Assembly (NCBI GenBank): GCA_023213395.1
Contig: CM041465.1
Coordinates: 213,411,741 to 213,475,740 of the forward strand
Source: Cycas panzhihuaensis
Lineage: Eukaryota; Plantae; Cycadophyta
Length of the DNA: 64,000 nt
Direction: 5' to 3'
The position numbers and the translations under genes were made by a program. Below the pieces are notes generated by a model. It was not told the DNA's origin. It worked only from the letters and a program-made list of their open reading frames with translations, and did no database searches. Positions 1-12,500 of the stretch are shown here, in pieces; position 1 is the stretch's first letter; every line of letters starts with the position of its first letter.

Positions 1-393
1 GGGTCAAATGACCCCCTTTCACTTTTGCTCACAAGAGCTCCTAAAGGACACTTGTCCTTCATGCAAGCATGCATTGCATGATTGACACTTGTCAATCATG
101 CAATAGCCTTTGGCCTCTCATCTTCCTCTATTTAATGAGGCCTCTCTTCATTGTTTCTCATCAAGAGTTGGAGCTACTTTGTTATTACGGGTTTGCTAAT
201 CAAGCTGAGTATTCTTTGGTGGTAGGACCAATTCCAACACCACACATTTGGTATCTTTGTCTTGCTCCTCTTTCTCTCTTTGTGTTTTATCTTGTTTATG
301 CTTAATGCATGTTATGCTTTTATGCTTTTCAGAACTAGAGTGAGTCTAGTCTCTAGATCTTGGACTTGTGAGGCCATTTGGCCTATTCTAACA
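1..393 (+). mobile_element. LTR 3' end (partial), inserted into the copia element to its right
   Basis: Ends ...ttctaaCA at 393, directly followed by copia coding sequence (G)KQHCFPFQKSGW. Similar in reverse orientation to the solo LTR at 11746-12300. Confidence 0.7.
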
Positions 394-3227
394 GTAAACA
401 GCATTGCTTTCCTTTCCAAAAAAGTGGATGGCATACAAGGAGCAAATTAGAATTGGTACACTACGATTTGTGTGGACCTATCACTCCAACCTCAATCAAT
501 GGTGCCAGATATTTTCTCACTTCCATTGATGATTTTTCTAAGAAAGTCTAAATATACTTTCTCTATAATAAATCTAAAACCTTTGATGAATTCAAAGAGT
601 TCATGGCAGAAGCCGAATTGGAATGCAGAAACAAAATAAAATGCATCAGATAAGATGAAGAAGACAAATATATCTCGAAAGAATTTCATGACTACTACAG
701 AACTCATGGATACGTCGACAAATCCCCAACTCCATATACACCTCAATCGAATGGCGTGGCTGAGTGGATGAATAGAACAACTATAGAAATGGCTAAAGAC
801 ATAATTCAAGACAGACAAATTTCAAAAACCTATTGGGCAAAAGTTATAAACACAGTTGGGTATCGTATAAATTGGAGTCCAACACAAGCCTTAAGCAAAA
901 TAACTCCTAAAAAGGCATGGACAGATACAAGCCACATATAAGTAACTTAAAAATCTTTGGCTACCAAGCTTTTCTGCACATTCCAGACAAAAAAACATCA
1001 AAACTTGATTGTAAAAGCATAGAGTGCATAATGAAAGGTTACAACAAAAATTCAAAAGCATATAGGTGCATAGACCCAAAATCAAATAAGGTCTATGTAA
1101 GTAGAGATGTCATATTCAATGAAAAGGACATTGTTGCAAGTCCATTACCATATCAGGAAATTGAAGAACCTGCAAAGAAATCTTTAATGGAAGTGCATCC
1201 ACCTTAAAAAAAAAATCAGGAATCACATCTGAAGATTCAGGAACAAATGAAGAAGAACAATCAAAAAGGGCACCTTTGCCTCTAAAAGATTCAAGTCCTG
1301 AAGAAGATGGAGAAAGGAGAACATCTTCCAGAAAGATACCCAAATGGTATCTCAAAACCATTGCGAAGGCTAAAGGAGACGTATTCACTCATATAACAAA
1401 GGTCCAAAAACATCAAGCCCTATTCTACACTATAGAACCACAATCATATGAAGAAGCAAGTCAACATGAAGAATAGCAAGTTGTAATGGACTCAAAAATG
1501 GAATCAATTTCCAAAAACAAAACATGGGAGCTAGTTGAACCACCTACAGGCAAACCTATTGTTAATTGTAAGTGGGTACATAAGATTAAAAAAAAAAAAT
1601 TGATGGTATGATAGAAAAATACAAAGCTAGATTGGTGGCCAAGGGTTGCACTTAAACTGTTAGAGTAAACTATGATGAAACCTTCTCTCTAATAGGCAAA
1701 CTAAATACAGTTAGAATGGTCATAGCCTTACCTGCACAACAAGATTGGAAAGTCTATCAATTGGATGTGAAAAGTGCCTTTCTGAATGGGAATCTTGAAG
1801 AAGAAGTTTATATGAAACAACTAGAAGGATATGTCCAAAAGGGGCCGAAACATCTTGTATGCAAGCTAAAAAAGGCTCTATATGGGCTAAAACAAGCTCC
1901 AAGGTCTTGGTATACCAAATTGGACAAATATCTCATTCATAATGGATTTCGCAAATATGATTCAGATTCCAACCTATATGTAAAGAAAAATCAAAGATTG
2001 GTCATAATAATTGTAGTACATGTTGATAACATGATTCTCACAGGTAATGACACAGAATCCATCAGAGATGTAAGAGTGCAATGAAAAAAGGTTTTGAGAT
2101 AACCGATTTAGGACTTATAAATTATTACCTTGGTATAGAAGTTAATCAGAAGGAAGATTCAATCACTGTCATAAAATGAATACACCAAGGATCTGCTAGT
2201 AAAATTCAAAATGGAAGAATGTAATAGTTGTGCAACTCCCATGGAAATCGGTTGTGACTTAACTCCATCTACAGAAGATACTTCAGTCGATACAACTCTA
2301 TATAGACAATTAGTTAGGAGTCTGACATATCTCACTGCAACCAGGCCTGATATTTCTTACTCTATTGGATTAATTTCTAGATATATGTAGGATCCATTAG
2401 CACATTGGAAAGCAACAAAGAGGATACTCAGATATCTAAAAGGACCTTCGTATTTAAAACTCACATATCCAAAAAGTGAGACAGGTAGATTCAGACTAGG
2501 CAAGAGATAAAGAAAAAAGAAAGCCAACTGGTGGGTACTATTTTTTCTTTGAGTCAGCTGCAATATCATGGAGCAGCAAACAACAACCAATGATTGCCTT
2601 GTCCTCTACAAAAGCAGAATACAAGTCAGCAGTCAATGCATCTTGTGAAGGAATATGGTTAAGACAATTGTTGACAGATTTGAATCAGTAGCAATAGGAG
2701 TAAACAACACTTTTTTGTGACAATCAAAGCACCATAAAATTAACTAAGAATCATGTCTTCCATGCATGAACCAAGCATATTGAAGTACATCATTACTTCA
2801 TATGGAAAGAAGTGCATAACGAAGAGATAGACCTGATCTATTGTACAACAGATGAGCAACTTACAAATATTTTGACAAAACCTCTTAGCAAAGACAAATT
2901 TTAATCTTTTAGAAGTAAGTTAGGTTTAAAGTAGATAAAACATTAAGAGAGGGTGTTAAAAGGTAATGGTTTATCTAGGACATTATGAGGGTCATGTGTT
3001 AAACCCCTTTTTATTGTAACAAAGACAAATGTTGGACAAGTGGTGTACCAACAATGACCAATTACAAACTATTGATGTATATAGAGAGAGGGACTCTCTC
3101 TCACATGATCAATGCATTCCATTTTCATTCAATGCAAATCTAGATTGGTACACAGATGTTGATAGATCTTCCAATCAAGATGTTGTAGGTGGTGTACCAA
3201 ACTAGATTCTGTGGAAGGTTTCTTACA
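394..3227 (+). mobile_element. Ty1/copia retrotransposon, 3' half (integrase-RT-RNaseH, PPT, 3' LTR), degenerate
   Basis: Motifs LELVHYDLCG, SKAYRCIDP..VYVSRDV, QLDVKSAFLNG, LYGLKQAPRSW, VHVDNM, TKHIEVHHYF. PPT aagagaggg at 2945-2953. LTR TGTTA(2954)...TTACA(3227). Multiple stops and frameshifts. Confidence 0.9.
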
Positions 3228-6200
3228 AAAAAGGCACTTTTTACGTCATGTTGATAGATCTTCCAATTTAGTTGTGCAACTAAGGCGATAACCATTCTCA
3301 CAGTATTTAGTTTTGGTACTGGAAAGAAGGTTTCATCATAATCTACTCTTGCAGTTTGAGTGTATCCCTTGGCCACCAATCTTGCTTTATATTTTTCTAT
3401 TTTCCCATTAGAGTTTTCCTTTATTTTGCACACCCATTTGCAATTGACAATTGGCTTGTCAGTAAGTCATTCAACTGGTTCCCATGTTTTGTTCTTGGAA
3501 ATTGTTATCTTTGTATACATTGTTGATTTCCACTCAACATGTTGACTTGCTTCTTCATATGATTGAGGTTCAGTTGAGCAAATTAGTGCCTAATGCTTCT
3601 GGGACCTAGTTCTATGCTCAAACACCTCAATTTTTGCTTCTTTAATTGTTTTGGGATACCATTTAAGTATCCTTTTGGAAGATGTCTTGATTTCCTCTTC
3701 TTCTTTAGGACTCATTTCTCTGATGGATGAAGGAGATCTTTTAGGACTCTCTTCTTCTATTTCTATATCCTCAAATGTGACTCTGGAAACATCCTTAGGT
3801 GAGGGAGTAATTATGGGAGATTCCCCTGTGGATACTTCAATTTTCTGCAATGTATCTAAATTTGCAACTATATCTTGTTCATTGGAAATAGCATCCCTGC
3901 TTACATAGACTTTATTTGTTTTAGGGGCTATGCATCTATATGCCTTGGAATGTTTGCTATAGCCTATCATAATGCATTCTATGCTTTTGCAGTCAAGTTT
4001 TGACCTTTTCTTATCAAGGATATAAACAAAAGCTTAACATCCAAAAATTTTCAAATTACTTCCATCAGACTTGGATCCAGTCCATGCTTCTTCAGGAGTT
4101 ATTTTGTTCAGGGCTTGAGTTGGACTCTATTTATTAGATAAGTTATTGTATTTATAGCTTTTGCCCAATATGTCTTTGGAATCTATCTGTCCTAGATTAG
4201 ACTCCAGGCCATTTCCATGATGGTTTTGCTCATTCATTCCGCTAAACCATTTGATTGAGGAGTGTAGGAAGTTGTCATTTGTCGACGTATCCCAAGAGAT
4301 TTGCAGAAGAACTAAAACTCTTGTGAAGTATATTCACCTCCACCGTCAAACTTGATACATTTCAATTTATTTCCGCTTTCTAACTCATCTTCAACTTTAA
4401 ATTCTTTGAATTTATCAAATGTCTCTAATTTGTTATAGAGAAAATATACCCAAACTTTTCTAAAAATCATCAATAAATGTGAGAAAGCATTTCACTCCAT
4501 TAAGTGAGCTTGGGGTAATGGATCCACAAAGATCAAAGTGCACAAATTCTAATTTGCTTTGGGTACGCCATACACTTCTTTGGAATGGAAATCTATGTTG
4601 TTTATCCAACAAACATCCTTTGCAAATAAATGAATGAAATGTCATATCTGGAAGCCCATCAACCATATTAGAATTTTTCAATAATTCTAATCTATTAGAG
4701 GAGATATGCCCATACTTCAAGTGCCAGAGTTTGTTATTATCAGTTTTGGATAAAACGAAAGATTTTACATCATTTTCCTGAATAATTGGATTTGAAAGCA
4801 ATTTATAAAGATCATTGCTTTCTATGCCTCTAGCTATTACAATTCCACATTGTTTCTTATCTAAGATGTGGCAGTACCCATACAGTACCCATTTTCATCA
4901 AAGATAGTCCTCAACTTTTTCTTTCATAATTGAGAAACAGAAAGTAGATTTTTCTTTAGCCCTGGGATGAAAAAAACATTGTCTATTTTTAGCACTTTCC
5001 CTTTAATTTTGATTACTATTAATCCAATACCTTAGATATCAAGGAGATATTTATTCCCTAATTCTACTGACTTATTGAGAGAGTATGGATTTAGAGATTC
5101 AAACCATTCTCTACATCCTGTCATGTGACTGGATGCCCTAGAGTCAATATACTAGACAACTTCATCTTTGGTACAAGCAGCAAGTGCAGCTATGAAAGCT
5201 ATTTGTTCTTCTTCTTCTTCTTCAAGATAGCTGTGTTCTTTGTTGTAGTTCCCTGCAAGTCTTTTCCCTCTCTGGATCTCAGCTTGCCCCTGAGAACATT
5301 GATAGGGATAGTGTCCTCCTTGCCCACAATAGTAGCATACATCGAAGGCTCTACAATTGTTAGAGAAGTGTCCTGGTCTTCCGCAGTTGAAATAGACTCT
5401 AGAGTCTCTTGGTCGAACTGACCTTCCTCTGCCTTTGTTATCTTGCCATCTTCCTCTAGATTGGTTTTTGGTATCTGGACCCCGACTACGACCTCTAGAA
5501 GAATATTGTCCTCGTCCTCTAGTCCTAAGGTTGAGTTTGGACAAAAAGGCTTCTTCAATCTTTATCTCTTCCTCGTATCTCTTATTTCTTTGTCCTTGCT
5601 TGCGCAGAAGACCTATTAGTGTCTCAAGAGACATTGTTGTAATTTAATTGTTATTAGTAATGGTATTTACCATATTGTCAAATAATTTTGAAATCTTGCT
5701 TACAATCATTTGCACAAGTTATGATCCTAGAAGATTTGCTCCAGCACTAATTAGGTCATTTCTAATTGATGTAACTTTATGAATAAATTCTTAGACATTT
5801 TCTTTTTCCCTCAAGTAAAGCTTATACAATTCCTTCTTTAAAACTACAATTCTAGCTTCATTTCTCTAATTGTAGAGGTTTGCAAATATCTTCCAGATAT
5901 CTTCACAAGAATTTATTCCTTCAACATATACTAATAAGGGATCTAAGATAGACAATCTCAAAACTATTACCCCCGAATTATTTCTATCATCCCAGTTGGG
6001 TTGATCAACATCATTAGTAAGTCTTTTCTCTCTCCCTATAGCTATATTCCAAGCATTCTTTGCTCTCAACAAGCTTTCGATTTTGATCTTCCAGACATGG
6101 TAAGTTGTTTCAATCAATTTATCTTGTTCATTCAAAGTAATAATTAAGGAGGCCATCTCAAACAAGGAACAGGAAAGTGTCAAGATGCTTAAAAATCTGT

Positions 6201-7095
6201 TAACAGGTTGGTCGTACTGTTGTACGAAATTTTGTACAAAAGGACAATTGTACAAACTAGTACAAAAACAAGTGCAAAAGAGAGATATTGAATAGAGGAC
6301 CTCAAATATGTACAAATTTTTAAGAAAATTGCTCAAGTTTGTTCAAAAAATGGCCTAAAATGAAGGGCATGCAGCTAGGGTTTCTAAGAGAAAAATGCCC
6401 ATATCTTGTATAAAACTCAATTAAAATCTTCGAGGTTGGACTTAAAAGAAGCGTATTAATCAGAGGAAGAGTTTGTGATGGGTATTACTCGAAAATCCAG
6501 AGCAAAAAGAAGAAAATTTGTAGATGAAGTTCTCAACTCGTCGCCTATAAAAATAAAGTTAAACTACCTTAAAACCTGTTGATCTCCAGTTGACCCTTTA
6601 GGGAAAGACAATGGCCTTGATGAGACGCACCTCCTGGCAAAATTTTGAGTGATTCTGAACACTTTGAAATTTTAGGGTCTGTACAATCAATATAGTCTAT
6701 GCATTGATCTGTTATGTCCATGCTTTGTTTGATCTTGGCACAGATCTCATTTCAGTTATTAGTTTAAGTGCTAACAGTCTCCTTTGATCTCTTCTAGCAA
6801 AAATATATAACTCAACTTCCTTCAATTTCTCTCAAAAAATTTAACAGACTCCTCTTCAGAAACTTAACCAGACTAACAACATGCCCTATTATGATACCAT
6901 GAAAGAAAACATAACCAAATGTGGAATGCTCATTGATTATGAGAGAGATTACCTCTCTATAAATACAAAAAGGGTTTGGCAATCGCTTACTACATGTAAG
7001 CCACTTGTCACTTTTACAAAAAGGAAGGAATGGCACATAACCCTCATTATTTAACTATACAACTTAAGGTTCAAAGATAAAACATTATTCTAACA
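3228..7095 (-). mobile_element. Ty1/copia retrotransposon, 5' part (LTR, PBS, gag, protease, integrase, RT start), degenerate
   Basis: 5' LTR 7095-6900 (TGTTAG...TTTCA). PBS core TGGTATCA at 6899-6892. Gag YHVWKIKIESLL, zinc knuckle CYYCGQGGHYPYQC, GAG-pre-integrase LWHLKYGH, RT KARLVAKGYTQ...QHDVKSAF, cut at 3228 by the plus-strand copia LTR. Confidence 0.9.
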
Positions 7096-10000
7096 ATGTT
7101 CTCATAACCAGATGGAGTTGTTATCACTCGAAATAGTTTGGCATCCAGAAAATCATTGTTCACTATGAAAGGTTCTTCTCTTATCTGGATTCTAGATAAG
7201 TGATCAGTTACCACGTGTGCGACCAGGTCGAACTATCACTTTGAAATTAAATTCTTGAAGTAATAATAACCATCAACTTATTCATCCTTGTATGATAGGT
7301 TTATTAATCATATATAAAAGAGCCTGATGATCAACGAAAAATACAAAGGAATTTGCTAATAAGTAGTGTCTAAAATTTTGGACTGCATAAATCATTCTTA
7401 ATCCTTCTCTCTCTGTTGTTGAATAATTCTTTTCTTCTCTGTTCAATCGTCTACTAGCAAAGTAGATGAGTAAATCAAGTTTGCGACATCCTTCTTGGGC
7501 CAATGTACAGCCTATCACTATCTGTGAAACATTGACACAAACGTGAAACTCTTTCAACCAACGGGGATGAGCTAAAATTGGGGATGTGATAAGTCCATAT
7601 TTAAGACCTTCAAATGTTGTTTGTTGTTCATTCCCCCATATGAAATTTACACCTTTACATAGTAATTTTTTTAGGGGGTAAGCGATGTGGGCAAACCCTT
7701 TTATGAACCAATGGTAGAATCGGATATGTCCAAGGAATGTTCGAACTCCTGCAACATCTGTTAGTGGGGCTAGATTATGACTTTGAGTTTATCAGGATCT
7801 GTCTTTAATCCACACGCACATACATGTCCCAATAGCTTTCCATATAGAACCAAAAATTGGCATTTTTCTGGATTTAGTGACAATCTTGCTTTTTGACAAA
7901 ATTCCAAGCATTCTATTCATGGACCAATCATCTAAAATATCTTAACAGATTTAGATGACAATTAATCAAATAAATGTATGATGATTCGCTGAAATGTTGT
8001 AGGGGCATTGCAAAGTCCGAAGGGCATCCAATTATATGCAAAAATTATGGATTGTGTGATAAATGTAGTTTTTAACTTATCTTTTTCTACAATAATGATT
8101 TGGTTGTAACCTGAAAACCCATCTAGGAATGAGTATATCTCATGCCCTATGAATAGTATCAGTGAAAGGAATGGGAAATGGATCTTTGCAAGTTATTGCA
8201 TTCAACTTTTGAAATTCAATACAAATGGAGAGTTTCCCATTTTTCTTAAGAACTATGACAATTGGTGAGACCCATTCACTTGTTTTGACCTTAAATATAT
8301 TTTCAACCTCCAACATTTTTCTAATCTTTATGTTCACTTGCTCTGCATATTTGGGATTCATTCGATAAGGCCAATGTTTTACCAGTTTAGATCCTGGTAT
8401 TAATTCAATTCTATGTTCCCATTGTTCTCTTCGTATTCCTTTCAAGTCTTTATATGTCCAAGTAAAGACATCCTTGTATTGTAAGAAAATTTGTGTGGTT
8501 GTTGCTATTAACGTTGGTTCCCATTTATTGCACATCATCATTGTTTGTGTGTTTTGTTCAATTCCTAAATTAACTGATTGTTGTGGTGCTTCATCATTGA
8601 AAATTTGGTCCTTATCAAAATTATACGCATATTTCTGAAGTATTACTTGGTTTCGTTTAAGGACTTCAAAAAATAGACTGGGATATTCGTGTTTATGATT
8701 ATATGTGTCTTGTATCTGATTAACATTCTTGGAGAGTAGTGGTCCTATATCAATTATATAGTATGATGGTGAAAATAATTCATATTCTTGTTGTTGCCAA
8801 CGAAACAATCCATTATTTGATTCCACCTCATCCTCTGAACACGAATCCAAACACAAAACACCCTCAATTGGTTCACAAGTATTATCATTGTGAAACATTG
8901 TAGTTAGGGGATGTTGATCCTCCTTAACATCATTAACATATTCCTTATCATCATCGTCTTCATCGAAGGAAGTAGAGTTTATTATTTCCTCATTTTTGAT
9001 ATGATGATATAAATTTATTAATTGTATCTTTCCTTTTTGCTTGATGATTACTAGTGCATTGCGACCCCAATTCTGAAGTCCGTGTGTAGCACGCAACCAA
9101 GGCAATCCTAAAAGTGCATCATATATTAGAGACATTCTATCGATCATGGGAATAACAACAAAATCCGTCACAAATTCTTAATTTCCGATGCAAATTTTTT
9201 AAGCCAACATCATTCCTAACGGTTGTACACCATGTTGGTTAGCCAATTGTAAACAAAATGCAAGAGGTCACAGTGTAGGCCTACTAATCTTTTGCTAAGT
9301 CATTATTGGTATAATATTGACTCCAACGCCCCCGCCTACCACTGTGTTATTCAAAACATGTCCTAATAAAGTCGTTGAGACTGTGATCTCTTGATCCACT
9401 CTTAAAGATCGTACATGATGTCTTAATTGAGAATTGTGTACAGTCAAAATGTTAGGAATGTTGATGCAATCTTTTGTAGCGACTAATAGTGTCCCTTCTT
9501 GGAAAGACTCTTTGTTTTGTCTTTATATGTTGTATATGTTCTTCGAGAATTTGTAAAAGTAATGGATGGTGTTGGAGTAACGTCAAAATTTTCACAGTTA
9601 TCTCACTTTGTAGAAATTGATCAATCAACATAGTAGTGGCTTCATTACCTTGTGCTACGGTCCTCCCTGGTAATTATGACGATGTTTTATCTTGCTACAA
9701 AATTTCTCAAATCATTGATACATTCTAATCTTGCTCCTATTTTGATCGTACTAAATCTTGGGCTTGGCACAGGCACTTTTTCTCCTCCAAAGTGTCGAGA
9801 TAGTTAAGTTTCTTGGATCTTCTTGCTTCGAGCGGATCTTCTTACTTGGATTTGTTGGTTTGTCTCATTCACGTGCTTAAAAACATACGTCATTTGTTCA
9901 AAGTCATGCATTAGATCCGAACATGGTCTGAATCAAGGGGTTGAACATGGTTAAAAATATTAGCAAGCAATACGAGCTACTGGACTATGATATCCTTGAG

Positions 10001-10500
10001 ATAATATATGATAATACCTTATCGGACTAAGAAGGTTTTTAATTCATTCATAATCTTAAGATCTGCATCCATGAATTGGATGCACAACAATTCTCCTAGT
10101 GTTGTCTGGTCCTCATACTAATTTCATGTCGTCATATGTTCCAGGCGTGCTATCACTACTTTATTCCATCTTGTCTCATTCCTAGGTCGACAACAACGCC
10201 AAATGTTAATTCATCATACACGAGTTCACCTAGGAAGAAAGAGATAGCAATACCCTCAACATGATAGCATCAACATGACATTATATGCACAATACTTTAC
10301 ATCAATCAATAATTACAAGATGTCTACAACTTTGTATTTTCTATTATATCAAAATGGATTACAATAACAAGGTCATGTACAATGGAACAAGATATGATCA
10401 TCTCACACTAGCTTTGCACCGTCCACTAGTGTTAGGATATGCAACATCGCAAGCCCCCCATCTACTTTTACTATATATATATATATCCTTGGAAACATCA
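7096..10500 (-). mobile_element. Non-chromovirus Ty3/gypsy retrotransposon (tRNA-Asp-type PBS), truncated and degenerate
   Basis: PBS-like TGGCGTTGTTGTCG at 10201-10188, a CpG-decayed form of TGGCGCCGTTGCCG. Protease (ALLGLPWL), RT (SEWVSPIVIVLKKNGKL..DPFPIPF), RNaseH (YFASRRLNREEKNYSTTEREGL). Cut at 7096 by the copia LTR. Right LTR boundary approximate. Confidence 0.85.
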
Positions 10501-11745
10501 TTTTGTAACGACTTCCAACTACTTGACTCATACGAGCTCTAGTCACACATCATTGCTTGTTACAATTTTGGATTGGAGTTCTATTCAAGCTATCCCAAGC
10601 ATTTCCTATAGTTGTTTCCTCTATTATAGTCATTCCAAAACACTTCTTGAATTGTTTCCCTTATGGATGGCATTCCTTGTAAGCATTCTTTGGTGTCTAA
10701 TGTGACTTCCTAGCTTGAAAATATGATCTATGGATTAAAATTGAGATCTCTTGATCCTTGGAGAGTTAGTTTCTTCCTCTAAGAGACAAATAGATTGTGT
10801 AGGAGTAAAATGGGAGCCCTTTAGAGATTTGGTCTTATCGCAACACAAATAAACACATGAAAATTGACAGGAAAGAACTTGGAAGAGATGTGATGTAAGA
10901 AATAATACTCTACTATTATCTCAGAAGAATTAACCATGTATAATAGAATAGCTCCTCTCTATTTAAAATGAGGGGTAGTATAATAAACCAAAAAAACTAA
11001 AAACCACATCAATACCTAGCTAACTAAATTAACCTAACCATTACCAATTCAACTAACTTAATTCTTACTAACTCAACAAACCTAAGTAGACTTGAATCAC
11101 TTTTGTACTATTAGGGAACTCAACATCAAAATACAATAGTCACATTTTACTACATATTACATGGATGAGTCGTACCCATACCCATCACTAATATGTTATC
11201 CTATAAATGCCAACTGCTCTATCTAACCAATGGAAGGATTCCCCTACCCTAGTGTAAACCCTAACCTAATAATGTTGTAATTCCAAAAGAAGTGTTGAAT
11301 GGCTCCTAATTTTCATCTAACAAAACATAGTTTCATAAAAATCTAGTATGTGACACATTCAACTTCATTCACCATTTCCAAATCCTTCTAAAATGCAATA
11401 AACACAAACCCAACATACCCACAAATTCTTACTAGTGTTGATTTATGCATGCAATACTTTGCTCTTTAACAAAAGAGAGGCATATGTGGCCTAATTGCAT
11501 GGACTATGTATGAAATATACACTCCAATGCTACGCAAAGAATATCAGTCCAAGAGTTCAAAGTGACTCCCTTACATTTGGAAATTGAGACTTGGTCTTAC
11601 ATTTCACCCATGGCCATGAAAGAATATGGCCTCTTTACAAATTAACACTCTAAGAATCCTTAGGAGGAGGACAACATTCAACAATAAGTGATATATAGGA
11701 TGCCCAATGGTGCTTGTAATTGAGTCCAATCTTAATGCATAAGCA

Positions 11746-12300
11746 TGTGAAAAGGGGCCTAATGGCTTCACAATCCCAAGATCTAGAAGCTAGGTTCACT
11801 CTAGTTCTAGAAAGCACTAAATGCTAACAAGTATGATATTCTTAAGACGAAAACATAAGCAAGACAAAGCATAAAAATGAAGGAGCAAGAAAATGATACC
11901 AAATGTGTGGGGTTGGAATTGGTCCAACCTCCAAATGAATAAACAGTTTGATTAGCAAACTAACAGCATAACAATATAGCTCCAACTCTATATATGAACA
12001 ATGAGGAGAGGTCTCATTATATAGAGTGAAAGGAGAGACCTAAGGCATTGGATGTTTGACAAGTGTCAAACATCCAAGGTACATGCCTTGCATGTAGGAC
12101 ATGTGTCCTTTTAGGGCTCTCAAGTGAGCAAAAGTGCATGGGGGTCCATTTGACCCTTTAGTGACAACGTTGTGTCACTAGAAAGAATGTGGGTGTGCAC
12201 TTTATCACTTAAGTGATAAGTCACCCCTAAAGTACAAAAGTACAAATATTACATGAAAAATAAAGTACATAATCTTAACATGTAAACATAAGGTTTAACA
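11746..12300 (-). mobile_element. Solo LTR (555 bp) with AAGCA target-site duplication
   Basis: TG...CA termini. AAGCA at 11741-11745 and 12301-12305. Homologous to the LTR at 1-393. Confidence 0.85.
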
Positions 12301-12406
12301 AAGCATGGTAGACAAGATTATTTGAGATCACATGAAAAGTGTGTATTACAATACTCAAATCATGCTCATATACAAGAAATATTATTTGAGAATATCAGTA
12401 TCTTAC

Positions 12407-12500
12407 CTTTTTCTTCTTGCCTCCTTCGTTTTTCCCTTGGAACAAAAGTCCCATCAGCCTTTGCTATGGCATCTGACTTTGTCTTTGCATATTGTATCCT
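12407..12500 (-). CDS. U1A: U1A coding exon 3 (94 nt), not in ORF track
   Basis: Acceptor ggaccacag|AGG. Encodes [31 protein letters not shown]+G, the canonical continuation after FYDKPM in U1A/U2B''. Donor AAG|GTAAGA at 12406. The linker and RRM2 exons were not found in the window. Confidence 0.93.

Larger units (their letters stand above)
1..12406 (-). other. U1A intron 3, partial (at least 12.4 kb, runs off the window)
   Basis: GTAAGA donor at 12406. No downstream U1A exon recognised in 1-12406, which is nearly all retroelement. Confidence 0.7.

Noticed and set aside
3140-3433. Copia RT with unusual C-terminus
   Set aside because: The tail after VKSAFF is the antisense of the inserted LTR.
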